A stretch of DNA of 47,886 nt from Clostridiales bacterium (GCA_021202245.1 JAJQDK010000010.1:1-47886); one strand, 5' to 3'. Positions 16,563 to 28,408 are shown, counted from the stretch's first letter. Numbers and translations are program-made. Notes: generated by a model from the letters alone, not told the origin.

Positions 16563-17288
16563 TCACAGCACTTCACGTGCTGCGTTGTATGCGATTTCAA
16601 CGGCTTCCTCATCGGTGTTGCAAGTAAGCCGAAAAAGCTTTACCGAGGAAAAGAACTCATCGAGAAGCGAAAGCAGGACAGCCATTTTTTCCCTGTCCGA
16701 GGGTACAACGGTCGCTTCCAAAATTTCCTTAAATACCGTGCCTGCGGCTACACGCTCGGCGCGGTTTTCTTTTCCCCTTTGCAAAACAAAAACAGCCTTT
16801 ACGGGCGCCTTTGTGTTCTGTCCTATATTTGATTTGCCCATCCACGGAGTGCCGAAAACATAAAATTTGCCGTCAATCTTCCTCACAATGGGCTTATCGT
16901 CGTTAATCATAGTTACCCTATCGCCGAAATGCTTTCGCCAAAGGGCGGTGTGGGTTGACTTGCCCACTCCTCTTTAAGCCGTGAACATATACCCCTCGTT
17001 GTCCATGGCAAGGCATGACGAATGAAAGAAAAAGCCGTTGTAGCTTTCAAGAATCCGGTTGCAGATTGCGGTCAGCACAAGCGTGCTTTCCGCCGCCTCG
17101 GGAGGATACTCATACCTGCACCTTTTGCAAAAGGCGGCTACCGCTTCCTCGTCAGCGCTTGCATCAAAGTCAAAGCTCTCCGCCTCGGTCAAATACGGTT
17201 CAAGCCGATTTTTAACCAAGCTGTATATCGGTTTTATAAGTATATTAAGCTCTGCAATCTTGTATATAGGCATAGTTTTCTCCAACAA
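16563..17288 (-). pseudogene. HPr-kinase-related (ScmC-like) P-loop protein interrupted by an in-frame TAA
   Basis: The two track ORFs share one frame: FHSS...FTA*RGVGKSTH...INDD.P...GTPW.G; stop at 16974-16976. Confidence 0.75.
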
Positions 17289-17490
17289 TATTTGTATTTT
17301 TCCGTATTCAAATCGAAGATGAGCAAATTTACCCCGCTTAATTTCACCCTAAGCCATACGCTGTGTATATTTCATACACGGCGTCGGGCGTATCATAAGG
17401 GTCGTTTTTCGGAAATAATTATTCTTTTGCAGAATTAAAAGGTAAAAACTTAAAAAATTTAAAAAAATCGCCGTTTTTAAAAATTTCCTC

Positions 17491-17519
17491 TTGACAAGCC
17501 GCCCGTAGGGTTATAAAAT
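17491..17519 (+). promoter_or_regulatory. Sigma-A promoter of rpoBC
   Basis: TTGACA-17bp-TAAAAT. Confidence 0.7.
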
Positions 17520-17710
17520 AGTAAAATGTACCATAATGGGGTTAAATACCGACGGGGACAGAAATTTTCAAAAAAACAGCTTCAACATAAGGGGATATTA
17601 GCATAAATTTCTTTATGTGTCAAGAGTTTTTTTCATCACTTATTTTTTGCTTTTCCGTCAGCCCCGCAATACGATATACAAATCCGAATTTTTTAAGGAG
17701 TGATATGCCT

Positions 17711-20700
17711 ATGGTTAATGTCAAACCCGTAAAGCTTGGCAACACCGAAAGAATGAGCTTCGGTAAGATTGATGAAGTTATCAGTATGCCGAACCTCATT
17801 GAGGTGCAAAAGAAATCATACGAGTGGTTTCTTAACGAAGGTCTTAAGGATGTGTTCAAAGATGTTTCGGGAATTACCGATTATCAGGACAACCTTGTGC
17901 TCGACTTCATTGATTATGAATTGGACACGGACCACCCTAATTGCAGCGTAATTGAATGTAAGGAGCGTGACGCAACATATTCCGCTGCGCTCAGGGTTAC
18001 CGCTCGCCTGCTCAACAAATCTACAGGCGAAATTAAAGAAAGCAACGTATTTATGGGCGATTTTCCGCTTATGACTCCCAGCGGAACCTTTGTAATTAAC
18101 GGCGCGGAGCGTGTTATTGTTTCTCAGCTCGTAAGAAGCCCCGGCGTTTACTATAAGATGGAGCAGGACAAAACCGGCAAGGAGCGTTACTCTACCACGG
18201 TTATCCCCAACCGAGGTGCGTGGCTTGAATACGAAACGGACGTAAACGACGTTTTCTATGTTCGTATCGACAAAAACCGCAAGCTTCCCGTAACCTCATT
18301 CATCAGGGCTTTGGGCTTGGGCAGCGACGCTGAAATTCTCGATTTCTTCGGTGACGATGAGAGAATGAAGGCCACCATTGAAAAGGACCAGGCGCATAAC
18401 ATTGAAGAGGGTCTTATCGAGGTTTACAAAAAGCTTCGTCCTTCCGAGCCCCCCACAATCGAAAGCGCGCAAACTCACATAAACAACCTGTTCTTTGACC
18501 CCAACCGCTACGATATGTCAAGAGTGGGCAGATATAAATATAATAAGAAGCTCGGCATTGCAAACCGCCTTGCGGACAGAGTTCTTGCAGAGCCTGTTGC
18601 CAATCCCCGCACGGGCGAGGTTATGGCTCTCAGAGATGAAAAGGTTTCCAAGCAAAAGGCGCTTGAAATTGAAAACGCAGGCGTAAACGTCGTATATGTC
18701 AAGGCTGTGGACGAAACCGTGGTAAAGGTTATTTCAAACGGTATGGTTGACATTAACTGCTATGTTGACTTTGACGCCGAAAAGGAATGTGACATTCGTG
18801 AAAATGTACGCTTTGATGTTTTGTGCGAAATTCTTGATGCCGCGCAAAACGAGGAGGAGCTTAAGGATATGCTCCGTGAGCGTGCCGACGAGCTTGTTCC
18901 CAACCACATTACGGTTGAGGATATTTTTGCCACAATTAACTACCTCAACTGCGTAGCTCACGGCGTGGGCAACACCGACGATATTGACCACCTCGGCAAC
19001 AGACGTATCCGCTGTGTGGGCGAGCTGCTTCAAAATCAATTCAGAATAGGTTTTTCAAGACTTGAGAGAGTTGTAAGAGAGAGAATGACAACCCAATCTC
19101 AGGATATGGATTCATTATCCCCTAATTCACTTATAAATATCCGTCCCGTTACGGCTGCAATCAAGGAATTTTTCGGTTCATCTCCGCTTTCGCAGTTTAT
19201 GGATCAGACAAATCCGCTTGCAGAGCTTACTCACAAGCGCCGCCTTTCGGCGCTCGGACCGGGCGGCTTGTCCCGTGACCGCGCAGGATTTGAGGTTCGT
19301 GACGTTCACTACACGCACTACGGCCGTATGTGTCCTATTGAAACCCCGGAAGGACCTAACATAGGACTTATCTCCTATCTTGCATCCTTTGCAAAAATCA
19401 ATAAATACGGCTTTATCGAGGCGCCCTACCGTAAAATTGACAAGGAAACGGGCATTGTTACCGATGAAGTAGTATATATGACCGCCGACACCGAGGACAA
19501 CTATGCGGTTGCTCAGGCCAACGAGCCTCTCGATGAAAACGGCAAATTTGTAAATTCAAGAGTGGCAGGCCGTCTGCGTGACGAATTTGTTGAGCTGCCG
19601 CCCGATAGATTTGATTATATGGACGTATCGCCTAAGATGGTAGTATCTGTGGCAACGGCTATGATTCCCTTCCTTGAAAACGACGATGCAAACCGTGCCC
19701 TTATGGGCGCTAATATGCAGAGGCAGGCTGTTCCGCTTCTCACCTCGCAGGCGCCTATTGTAGGCACCGGAATGGAATACAAGGCAGGCACCGACTCCGG
19801 CGTTTGTATTCTTGCCGAGGAGGACGGCGTTGTCACAAGCGTAGACGCCCGCAGTATTCGTGTTCAGTACGATTCCGGCAGGGTGCAGGACTTTGAGGTA
19901 ATCAAGTTTTTACGTTCCAACCAAGGCACCTGCTTTAACCAGCACCCGATTGTTTCAAGGGGACAGCGTGTTAAAAAGGGCGAGGTTCTCGCCGACGGCC
20001 CCGCAACCGACAACGGCGAAATCGCACTCGGCAAAAACGCTCTCATCGGCTTTATGACCTGGGAGGGCTATAACTACGAGGATGCTGTTCTTATCAGCGA
20101 AAAGGTAGTCCGTGAGGACGTTTACACCTCAATCCACATTGAGGAATTTGACATTGAGGCAAGAGATACCAAGCTCGGCCCCGAGGAAATTACAAGAGAT
20201 ATTACAAACGTCGGCGAGGATATGCTCAGAAACCTTGACGAGGACGGTATTATCCAGATAGGCGCAGAGGTTCACGCAGGAGATATTCTTGTAGGTAAGG
20301 TTACGCCGAAGGGCGAAACCGAGCTGACAGCCGAGGAAAGACTGCTTCGCGCTATTTTCGGCGAAAAGGCTCGTGAGGTCAGAGATACCTCCCTCAGAGT
20401 TCCCCACGGAGAGAGCGGAACCGTTGTTGACGTTAAGGTGTTCACCCGTGCAGACAGCAGAAACGAGCTTCAGCCCGGAGTAAATAAGGTAGTCAGAGTT
20501 TATTTGGCTCTCAAGCGTAAAATCAGCGTAGGCGACAAAATGGCAGGCCGTCACGGAAACAAGGGTGTTGTTTCAAGAATTCTGCCCGTTGAGGATATGC
20601 CTTTCCTCCCCGACGGCACACCGCTTGACATCGTGCTTAACCCCCTGGGCGTACCTTCACGTATGAACATCGGTCAGGTGCTTGAGGTTCATCTCGGCTA

Positions 20701-21445
20701 TGCCGCCAAGGCTCTCGGCTGGAAGATAATGACGCCGGTATTTGACGGCGCCCACGAGCAGGATATATTCACTGCTCTTAAGGATGCAGGCTACAGCGAG
20801 GACGGCAAAACCTGGCTTATTGACGGACGTACCGGCGAACGCTTTGACAATCCCGTTACGGTGGGATATATGTACTATCTCAAGCTCCATCACCTTGTTG
20901 ACGAGAAAATCCACGCAAGAAGCACAGGCCCGTATTCACTGGTTACTCAGCAGCCGCTCGGCGGTAAAGCTCAGTTCGGCGGTCAGCGCTTCGGTGAGAT
21001 GGAGGTTTGGGCGCTTGAGGCTTACGGCGCAGCCTATACTCTTCAGGAAATTCTTACCGTTAAGTCGGACGACGTTGTCGGCCGTGTTAAGACCTACGAA
21101 GCAATCGTTAAGGGTCAAAACATTCCCGCTCCGGGTATTCCCGAATCGTTCAGAGTTCTTATTAAAGAGCTTCAGTCACTTGCTCTTGACGTTCGTGTTC
21201 TTGACAGAAACGGCGACGAAATAGATATGAAACAAAAGTTTGACGAGGACGAGGATCTTGCCGATGCAGCAGACAGCCGCGACAGCTCCGCGTTTGAGGA
21301 GGAAAGCATTATGACCTCAATGGAGGGCTATGTGCTTGACGAAGGCGGCGAGGACGGCAATATGTTTGACGAATCCTCTCTTGCCGACGAGGAATCCGAC
21401 GACAACACGTTAGACTTTGACAGCTATAACAGTGATGAAATGTAA
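17711..21445 (+). CDS. rpoB: RNA polymerase beta subunit
   Basis: [38 protein letters not shown] and [14 protein letters not shown]; start from RBS AAGGAGTGA (ATG 17705 also possible). Confidence 0.98.
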   Translation: MVNVKPVKLGNTERMSFGKIDEVISMPNLIEVQKKSYEWFLNEGLKDVFKDVSGITDYQDNLVLDFIDYELDTDHPNCSVIECKERDATYSAALRVTARLLNKSTGEIKESNVFMGDFPLMTPSGTFVINGAERVIVSQLVRSPGVYYKMEQDKTGKERYSTTVIPNRGAWLEYETDVNDVFYVRIDKNRKLPVTSFIRALGLGSDAEILDFFGDDERMKATIEKDQAHNIEEGLIEVYKKLRPSEPPTIESAQTHINNLFFDPNRYDMSRVGRYKYNKKLGIANRLADRVLAEPVANPRTGEVMALRDEKVSKQKALEIENAGVNVVYVKAVDETVVKVISNGMVDINCYVDFDAEKECDIRENVRFDVLCEILDAAQNEEELKDMLRERADELVPNHITVEDIFATINYLNCVAHGVGNTDDIDHLGNRRIRCVGELLQNQFRIGFSRLERVVRERMTTQSQDMDSLSPNSLINIRPVTAAIKEFFGSSPLSQFMDQTNPLAELTHKRRLSALGPGGLSRDRAGFEVRDVHYTHYGRMCPIETPEGPNIGLISYLASFAKINKYGFIEAPYRKIDKETGIVTDEVVYMTADTEDNYAVAQANEPLDENGKFVNSRVAGRLRDEFVELPPDRFDYMDVSPKMVVSVATAMIPFLENDDANRALMGANMQRQAVPLLTSQAPIVGTGMEYKAGTDSGVCILAEEDGVVTSVDARSIRVQYDSGRVQDFEVIKFLRSNQGTCFNQHPIVSRGQRVKKGEVLADGPATDNGEIALGKNALIGFMTWEGYNYEDAVLISEKVVREDVYTSIHIEEFDIEARDTKLGPEEITRDITNVGEDMLRNLDEDGIIQIGAEVHAGDILVGKVTPKGETELTAEERLLRAIFGEKAREVRDTSLRVPHGESGTVVDVKVFTRADSRNELQPGVNKVVRVYLALKRKISVGDKMAGRHGNKGVVSRILPVEDMPFLPDGTPLDIVLNPLGVPSRMNIGQVLEVHLGYAAKALGWKIMTPVFDGAHEQDIFTALKDAGYSEDGKTWLIDGRTGERFDNPVTVGYMYYLKLHHLVDEKIHARSTGPYSLVTQQPLGGKAQFGGQRFGEMEVWALEAYGAAYTLQEILTVKSDDVVGRVKTYEAIVKGQNIPAPGIPESFRVLIKELQSLALDVRVLDRNGDEIDMKQKFDEDEDLADAADSRDSSAFEEESIMTSMEGYVLDEGGEDGNMFDESSLADEESDDNTLDFDSYNSDEM

Positions 21446-21457
21446 GGAGGCAGTACA

Positions 21458-24400
21458 ATGATGGATAATAATGTTTTTGATTCGATTAAAATCGGGCTTG
21501 CTTCCCCCGAACAAATAAGAGAATGGTCATACGGCGAGGTTAAAAAGCCCGAAACCATTAACTATCGCACCCTTAAACCCGAACGTGACGGCTTGTTCTG
21601 CGAGCGTATTTTCGGACCTACAAAGGATTGGGAATGTCACTGCGGAAAATACAAGAGGATTCGCTACAAGGGTAAAATCTGCGACCGCTGCGGAGTTGAG
21701 GTTACCCGTGCCAAGGTAAGGCGTGAGCGTATGGGCCACATTGAGCTTGCCGCTCCCGTATCCCACATTTGGTACTTCAAGGGTATACCCTCCAGAATTG
21801 CCCTTATGCTTGACATTTCTCCCAAGCTTCTTGAAAACGTGCTTTATTTCTCACAATACATTGTTACCGACCCCGGCGACTGCCGTGACCTTACAAAGCT
21901 GCAGTGTCTTACCGAGGAAGAGTACAGCGATATGCGTGAGAAGTATGAGGCCGACTTTAAAGCCGGTATGGGCGCCGAAACAATCAAGGAGCTGCTTAAA
22001 GAAATCGACCTTGAAGCACTTTCCGCCGAGCTTAAGGAGGAGTTTGAGAGCGCAACGGGACAAAAGCGTGTGCGCCTGCTCAAGCGCCTTGACGTTGTAG
22101 AAAGCTTCAGAATGTCGGGCAACCGTCCCGAATGGATGATACTCGACGTTGTTCCGGTAATTCCGCCGGATATCCGTCCTATGGTTCAGCTTGACGGCGG
22201 ACGTTTTGCTACCTCCGACCTCAACGACCTCTACCGCAGAGTTATCAACCGCAACAACAGACTTAAAAAGCTTCTTGAGCTCAATGCTCCCGAAATCATC
22301 ATTCGCAACGAAAAGAGAATGCTGCAGGAATCGGTTGACGCGCTTATTGACAACGGCAGACGCGGCCGTCCCGTAACAGGACCCAACAACCGTCCGCTCA
22401 AATCGCTTTCGGATATGCTCAAGGGCAAGCAGGGACGTTTCCGTCAGAATCTTCTCGGAAAGCGTGTCGACTATTCGGGACGTTCGGTTATCGTAGTAGG
22501 TCCTGAGCTTAAAATGTATCAGTGCGGTCTTCCCAAGGAAATGGCACTTGAGCTGTTTAAGCCGTTCGTTATGAAGCGACTTGTTGAAACAAATGAAAAA
22601 ATGAATATAAAGGCGGCAAGAAAAGCCGTTGAGCGTGCAAAGGACGAGGTATGGGACGCTCTTGAGGTTGTAATCAAGGGTCATCCGGTTCTCCTTAACC
22701 GTGCGCCCACACTTCACAGACTCGGTATCCAGGCGTTTGAGCCCGTGCTTGTTGAGGGACGTGCGCTCAAGCTTCATCCGCTTGCCTGCACCGCCTACAA
22801 TGCCGACTTTGACGGCGACCAGATGGCTGTTCACGTTCCACTTTCCGCCGAGGCTCAGGCTGAGGCAAGGTTCCTTATGCTTGCGGCAGGCAATCTGCTC
22901 AAGCCCTCCGACGGTCAGCCTGTTACCGTTCCTACTCAGGATATGATTCTCGGCTCCTATTATCTCACCCTTGACAAGGACGGAGAAAAGGGCGAGGGCA
23001 AGGTATTCCGTGATGTAGACGAGGTTATGATGGCTTATCAGACAGGCGAAATCGAGCTTCACTCCAAAATCAAGGTTCGCCGTGAAGCGGTGGTTGACGG
23101 AGTTAGGGAGTCTGCGCTTGTTGACACCACCATCGGAAAAATCATCTTTAATAACCCAATTCCCCAGGACTTGGGCTTTGTTGACAGAAGCATCCCAGAA
23201 AACAAATTTAAATTTGAGATTGACTTCCTTGTAGGCAAGTCGGGACTCAAAAAAATTATAGACAAATGTATTAAAATCCACGGCACAACCAAAACCAGCG
23301 AGGTGCTTGACAACATCAAGGCGCAGGGCTACAAATACTCCACCAAGGGAGCTATCACCGTTGCCGTATGCGACGCCGTTATTCCGCCTGCAAAGAAGGA
23401 AATCATTGCAAAGGCAGAGGAAGAGGTTGACGCAGTCCGTGACGAGTATATGATGGGTCTTCGCTCTGACGAGGAGCGTTATGAGGAGGTTCTCAACATT
23501 TGGGAAAAGGCAACCAACGATGTTACCGATGCCCTGCAGAAAAACCTCGACCGCTACAATCCTATCTTTATGATGGCTGATTCGGGCGCCCGCGGCAGCA
23601 TGAGCCAGATTCGTCAGCTTGCGGGTATGCGCGGACTTATTGCAAACACCTCGGGTAAAACAATCGAAATCCCCATCAAGGCTAACTACCGTGAGGGCCT
23701 CAACATTATGGAATACTTCATTTCATCCCGAGGCGCTCGTAAGGGTCTTGCCGACACCGCTCTGAGAACGGCTGACTCGGGTTATCTTACCCGTCGTCTT
23801 GTTGACGTATCTCAGGAGGCTATTATCCGTGAGGAGGACTGCGGCACAACAGAGGGACTTGAAATATTCGATATCAAGGCGGGCGAGTCCAATGTTATCG
23901 AGGGACTCCACGAACGTCTTATCGGCCGTTATCTGCTTGACGATTTCTGTGACTCAAACGGCAGCGTGCTTGTTTCAAAGGACGTTTTAATTGGCGACAA
24001 AGAAGCAGATATTATAGTTGAGTCGGGCGTACAGAGCATTAAAATCCGTTCAGTGCTTGAATGTCGTGCAAAGCACGGCGCCTGCAGAAAATGCTACGGC
24101 GCCAACCTTGCAAACCGTCAGCCCGTTACTGTCGGCGAGGCAGTGGGAATCATTGCCGCTCAGTCAATCGGCGAGCCCGGTACACAGCTTACAATGAGAA
24201 CCTTCCACACCGGCGGTGTTGCTTCGGCAGAGGATATTACACAGGGTCTGCCCCGTGTTGAGGAGCTGTTTGAAGCGCGCAAGCCTAAGAGCCTTGCTAT
24301 TATCAGTGAAATTGACGGTGAGGTTCGTTTTGAGGAAATTAAAAACGCCCGTCACGCCGTAGTCTACAATAAGGAAACAGGCGACGATAAGGCTTATCTC

Positions 24401-25033
24401 ATCCCGTTCGGCTTCCGTGTTAAGGTTCAGGAAGGCCAGCAAATCAAGAAGGGCGACAAAATTACCGACGGTGCGGTTAATCCGCACGATATACTCGATA
24501 TCCTCGGACCGGAGGCTGTAATGAACTATCTTATCTCAGAGGTTCAGAGCACCTACCGCTTACAGGGTGTTGAAATCAACGATAAGCATATTGAGGTTAT
24601 TGTTCGTCAGATGATGCGCAAGGTTAAGGTTGACGACGCAGGCGACACCAAATTTATTTCAGGTCAGACCTACGACAAGAACGAGGTTCTCTACGAAAAC
24701 AATCTGATTAAAAAGCGTATCGCAGCAGGCGAAGAGGGACTCAGAGAGGCTCAGTTTACACAGCTTCTCCTCGGTATTACAAAGGCTGCCCTCGCAACCG
24801 ACAGCTTCCTTTCAGCCGCATCGTTCCAGGAAACAACAAGGGTTCTCACCGATGCCGCAATCAAGGGCAAGGTTGACCCGTTGGTCGGCTTAAAGGAAAA
24901 CGTAATCATCGGCAAGCTTATCCCGGCAGGCACGGGAATGACGCGCTATGCCAATGTTGAGCTTGAAGTCGGCTCGCAAATTGATACGGACGAGGACGGC
25001 TCGGATATCAGCGCAAACGTCAGAGCTGTTTAA
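21458..25033 (+). CDS. rpoC: RNA polymerase beta' subunit
   Basis: NADFDGDQM catalytic motif, Zn finger and [16 protein letters not shown]. Confidence 0.98.
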   Translation: MMDNNVFDSIKIGLASPEQIREWSYGEVKKPETINYRTLKPERDGLFCERIFGPTKDWECHCGKYKRIRYKGKICDRCGVEVTRAKVRRERMGHIELAAPVSHIWYFKGIPSRIALMLDISPKLLENVLYFSQYIVTDPGDCRDLTKLQCLTEEEYSDMREKYEADFKAGMGAETIKELLKEIDLEALSAELKEEFESATGQKRVRLLKRLDVVESFRMSGNRPEWMILDVVPVIPPDIRPMVQLDGGRFATSDLNDLYRRVINRNNRLKKLLELNAPEIIIRNEKRMLQESVDALIDNGRRGRPVTGPNNRPLKSLSDMLKGKQGRFRQNLLGKRVDYSGRSVIVVGPELKMYQCGLPKEMALELFKPFVMKRLVETNEKMNIKAARKAVERAKDEVWDALEVVIKGHPVLLNRAPTLHRLGIQAFEPVLVEGRALKLHPLACTAYNADFDGDQMAVHVPLSAEAQAEARFLMLAAGNLLKPSDGQPVTVPTQDMILGSYYLTLDKDGEKGEGKVFRDVDEVMMAYQTGEIELHSKIKVRREAVVDGVRESALVDTTIGKIIFNNPIPQDLGFVDRSIPENKFKFEIDFLVGKSGLKKIIDKCIKIHGTTKTSEVLDNIKAQGYKYSTKGAITVAVCDAVIPPAKKEIIAKAEEEVDAVRDEYMMGLRSDEERYEEVLNIWEKATNDVTDALQKNLDRYNPIFMMADSGARGSMSQIRQLAGMRGLIANTSGKTIEIPIKANYREGLNIMEYFISSRGARKGLADTALRTADSGYLTRRLVDVSQEAIIREEDCGTTEGLEIFDIKAGESNVIEGLHERLIGRYLLDDFCDSNGSVLVSKDVLIGDKEADIIVESGVQSIKIRSVLECRAKHGACRKCYGANLANRQPVTVGEAVGIIAAQSIGEPGTQLTMRTFHTGGVASAEDITQGLPRVEELFEARKPKSLAIISEIDGEVRFEEIKNARHAVVYNKETGDDKAYLIPFGFRVKVQEGQQIKKGDKITDGAVNPHDILDILGPEAVMNYLISEVQSTYRLQGVEINDKHIEVIVRQMMRKVKVDDAGDTKFISGQTYDKNEVLYENNLIKKRIAAGEEGLREAQFTQLLLGITKAALATDSFLSAASFQETTRVLTDAAIKGKVDPLVGLKENVIIGKLIPAGTGMTRYANVELEVGSQIDTDEDGSDISANVRAV

Positions 25034-25074
25034 GCGGCAGTACCGATATTTTAATTTAATCTAAGAAGCAAATG

Positions 25075-25110
25075 ACCGACACCGCTTACGGCGGCGTCGG
25101 TTTTTGTTTT
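25075..25110 (+). terminator. rpoC terminator
   Basis: ACCGACACCGC/GCGGCGTCGGT stem plus T-tract. Confidence 0.8.
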
Positions 25111-25237
25111 GTGACAGTATTTTTCGGCAAAAAATAAGCTTCACATAATTTTCACATTAAAGAATTTATTTTTGACGTTATTATTTCCAAAGCATAAGTC
25201 TGTTCTTTGTTGGACCTCACAAAAATATTTTTACATA

Positions 25238-25266
25238 TTGTATCAAAAAAGTCGTAATGATATAAT
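25238..25266 (+). promoter_or_regulatory. Sigma-A promoter of the sas6-like gene
   Basis: TTGTAT-17bp-TATAAT with a TGn extension. Confidence 0.65.
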
Positions 25267-25329
25267 AAATCTATATATCCCCCGCCTCTGTAAGCGGCAG
25301 GAGATATACTGTCTTTCAGCAGGAAATTC

Positions 25330-25379
25330 AGCTCGGAGCAAAGCCCGATGCAAGCTCGCTTAAGATTCGCGAACAGGTT
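25330..25379 (+). repeat. Type S element in the sas6-like 5' UTR
   Basis: agctcggagcaaagcccgatgcaagctcgcttaagattcgcgaacaggtt. Confidence 0.85.
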
Positions 25380-25489
25380 GTAATTACCCGCTGAAGGCAG
25401 GCGGAGTCTTGCTCCGCTATAAATAATTTAATATAGCTCCAATGACAAATTAAGTCGGAGTCAGTATTATTTCAGGAGGAAAATTTAAC

Positions 25490-28255
25490 GTGAAAAAGAA
25501 AAAACAAAAGAAAATTGTAAGCCTATTGCTTGCACTTGCAATGCTTGTGTCAAGTGTTACGGTTTCCGCCTTTACGGCTATTGCGGCAACGGGCGGTTCT
25601 CAGGTATATTTTGACAACTCATCCTATAATTGGGAGCAGGTTTACGTTTACACCTACGGCACTGTGGAAAACGCAGAATGGCCCGGCGAGCTTATGGAGC
25701 TTGACGAGGCAACGGGATTCTACACTTCTGAATTTCCCTCAACCTACAAGTCCGAAAGCATAATCTTTAACAACGGTCTTGAAGAGGACGAGGGCAAGGA
25801 GCAATATCCCGAAAATGCAGGATTATCGCTTGCAGCAGGCGAATGTAAGCTTCTCACCGCTGAAAATCAGTGGGTAGATTACGGCAAGCCCGACGACCAC
25901 GGCTACGGCTTTGCCTACACCGCTTCGGGCACGGCGTTTTCCACCGAAAACATTTCCGTTAAACTCGGACTGAAAAACGCCGAAACAGGCTTTTATTCGA
26001 TTGACGGCTCTGAAAGCAAAGAATTTACCGACGGAACCGTAATTACAGTCGGCGACGGCAAAATCGCCGATACCTCAATCACCCTTGTTTTGACGGCAAC
26101 AGGTGACGACGGTGTAGCCACACAGCAGATTTATACATACAAAAAGACCTTTACCGCATCCCAGACCACCTTTTCTTCACCGAGCGACGGTCATACAACC
26201 GAGTCTGAGTCGGGCTACTACTCAACCAACCCGAATATGCAGCTCGGTCAGTACAAAACCATCACGGTTGACGGCGATCCGAGCGACTGGGACAGCTCTA
26301 TGATAATTGCGCAGGGCATCGCAAACGACGACCCCCGTGTTTATATGCCGTCCTCAATGCACGAACAGCCCTGGGATGACTATGCTCTGTACTGCGCCTG
26401 GGACGATGACAACCTTTACTTTATGTGGGAAATGGCCAACACAACCTACATCACCTCTCCGAGCGACGACTTTGCCGCTTCTAATGAAGCACGTCCCTGG
26501 AGAAACAGCATACCTATGTACCTTGCCCTTTCAATAGATCCCGACAAGCACGCCACAGGAAAAGCAATCGGAACAAGCTTAGACGGCTCAACCTACACCA
26601 ACCCCTATGTTTGGGGCTGTGACGGAGGCGTTGCAGCTAACGGCGGAGTAGGCTTCACAACCAACGTAGACACGCTTATTGCCTTTGACTCAAACAACTC
26701 CAACGGCGGAGCCTCCGTTTTTTATGCCGACGTTCAGGACACGGACGGCAGCTGGCTGTTTAATTATGACACTAAAACTCCTATCGGCGTAACCTCTTAT
26801 GAAAAGCAGGACAACCAAAACGGATTTCAGATTAAATATGCCAACGGCACTCTCTCCGATACTCTTTACGGTGTAAACGGAGCGAAGGGCTCAAGAACCT
26901 TGGGCGACAACACCGACTCAAACTCAGAATGGGTTGACTTCTTTGACCTCGGATATAAGGACTCCTACGGCTTTATCTATGAGGTTGCCGTTCCGCTTTC
27001 CGTTCTGGGAATTGACAGCACTTACATTGAAGAAAACGGTATCGGCGTAATGCAGATACTCACCTACGGCACCTCGGGTATGGATACGCTTCCTCACGAC
27101 CCGTCAATGCTTGATAATGCAGATGTTGAATACAGCTACGATCCCTCCACCTCACACGAAAAAGAGGACGACGACGACATCACCGTTCCGCTTGCGCGAG
27201 TAGGACAGCTTCTCTCGGACACTGTAATCAACTACGCTCCGCTTGAAGTAAACTTCGGTGCTGACAGAAACTCCGGTCAGGCGCTTAACGCTACTCTCTC
27301 GCTTGTTGCAGAGGCTTATAACAACACAGGCGATGTCACCTATGACTTTAAGGTAAACGGCGCCACAATTCAAAATTCTTCCGCATCATCGGTTGCCTGG
27401 GTTCCGGAAGCCGAGGGCACATATGAGATTTCGGTAACGGTTACCGACTCGGACGGCGACACCTGCACCGAAACAAAAACCTTTGTTGTGGGCGCCGCAA
27501 GCGACGACCCCGACCCGACCTACACAGAGGCTACAGAAGCTACAGCCGCCTCCGCTGCTTCGGGAGCAACCTCAGCAACAGAGTCTGGCGATACGGAGCT
27601 TACATCGCTCTCAAGAGTATACTTTGACAACTCCGTTGCAGGATATGAAACGGTTTATGTATACGGCTGGGGAGAAGCAAGCATAAACGGCACATATAAG
27701 CTGACGCAGATTGAAGGCACGGATATTTGGTACTATGATTTCGGAACAGAGGTTACGGAAGGTAAATTCCTGTTCAGAGCTGCAACCGACAATTGGGACG
27801 AACAGTCCGAGGATGTCAGCGTAGCCGACGCTATTGACCAAAATGCTAACTGCTACAAGGCAAACGCAGGCAAGCAGACAGGCGGAGAATGGTACTACTA
27901 TTCCCCCGCATCAGCCGAAACAACCGAGCAAACAGAAGCAACCGCGGTCACCGAGGAACCGACCTCAGCAGAAGTCACAACAGAGGCAACGGAAGCCACA
28001 ACAGAAGTGACCGAGGCTACAACAGAGGCAATGGAAGAAACTTCCGAGCAGGAGCAATACTATGCCGGTGATGTAAATCTGGACAGAACAGTAAATGTTG
28101 CCGATGCAACCCTTGTTCAGAAATACATAGTAGGCAACGAGCCTCTTTCCGAGCTTCAGCTTCAGCTTGCGGACGTTGACCTAAACAACAGCATAAGCAT
28201 TGTGGATGCAACCCTGATTCAAAAAATCGCCGTAGGCTCATACTCGGCGGATTGA
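25490..28255 (+). CDS. Sas6-like amylosome starch-binding protein: signal peptide, CBM26, Ig-like, CBM74, Ig-like, second CBM26-like, Thr/Glu linker, dockerin
   Basis: VYFDN..W..VY.Y...WPG (CBM26); DGD.SDW..M.IAQG.ANDDPRV...YALY.AWDDDNLY (CBM74, recognised from memory); GDVNLD..VNVADATLVQK dockerin; GTG start with RBS AGGAGG. Confidence 0.75.
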   Translation: MKKKKQKKIVSLLLALAMLVSSVTVSAFTAIAATGGSQVYFDNSSYNWEQVYVYTYGTVENAEWPGELMELDEATGFYTSEFPSTYKSESIIFNNGLEEDEGKEQYPENAGLSLAAGECKLLTAENQWVDYGKPDDHGYGFAYTASGTAFSTENISVKLGLKNAETGFYSIDGSESKEFTDGTVITVGDGKIADTSITLVLTATGDDGVATQQIYTYKKTFTASQTTFSSPSDGHTTESESGYYSTNPNMQLGQYKTITVDGDPSDWDSSMIIAQGIANDDPRVYMPSSMHEQPWDDYALYCAWDDDNLYFMWEMANTTYITSPSDDFAASNEARPWRNSIPMYLALSIDPDKHATGKAIGTSLDGSTYTNPYVWGCDGGVAANGGVGFTTNVDTLIAFDSNNSNGGASVFYADVQDTDGSWLFNYDTKTPIGVTSYEKQDNQNGFQIKYANGTLSDTLYGVNGAKGSRTLGDNTDSNSEWVDFFDLGYKDSYGFIYEVAVPLSVLGIDSTYIEENGIGVMQILTYGTSGMDTLPHDPSMLDNADVEYSYDPSTSHEKEDDDDITVPLARVGQLLSDTVINYAPLEVNFGADRNSGQALNATLSLVAEAYNNTGDVTYDFKVNGATIQNSSASSVAWVPEAEGTYEISVTVTDSDGDTCTETKTFVVGAASDDPDPTYTEATEATAASAASGATSATESGDTELTSLSRVYFDNSVAGYETVYVYGWGEASINGTYKLTQIEGTDIWYYDFGTEVTEGKFLFRAATDNWDEQSEDVSVADAIDQNANCYKANAGKQTGGEWYYYSPASAETTEQTEATAVTEEPTSAEVTTEATEATTEVTEATTEAMEETSEQEQYYAGDVNLDRTVNVADATLVQKYIVGNEPLSELQLQLADVDLNNSISIVDATLIQKIAVGSYSAD

Positions 28256-28292
28256 TAATCACGGATTGACGGTTACAGGCTAAACTATAAAT

Positions 28293-28333
28293 AAACACGC
28301 CCGAAGTGAGATAATCATTTCGGGCGTGTTTTT
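28293..28333. terminator. Terminator between the sas6-like gene and ldh
   Basis: AAACACGCCCGAA/TTCGGGCGTGTTT inverted repeat. Confidence 0.8.
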
Positions 28334-28382
28334 ACTCGGAGTAAGGTCCGATGTAAGCTTGCTTAAGATTGGTTAATGGGCT
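28333..28382 (+). repeat. Type S element, diverged
   Basis: 37/50 identical to 25330-25379 by manual ungapped comparison; same orientation. Confidence 0.8.
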
Positions 28383-28408
28383 GAACCGGCTATTCGTTTT
28401 TCTTTGAT

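Noticed and set aside
19170-19270. Rifampicin-resistance substitutions in RpoB
   Set aside because: The key Q, D, H and S residues of cluster I are wild type; the GSSP variant is, from memory, common in Clostridiales.
21851-23281. 476-aa ORF antisense to rpoC, and similar antisense ORFs over nfnA, glgB, map and rplF
   Set aside because: Shadow frames produced by the codon bias of conserved genes; no recognisable motifs.
376-28382. Repeats as a CRISPR array or canonical integron
   Set aside because: Copies are kilobases apart, vary in length and orientation, and have no regular spacers; there is no cas or intI gene, and the RYYYAAC/GTTRRRY match is only partial.
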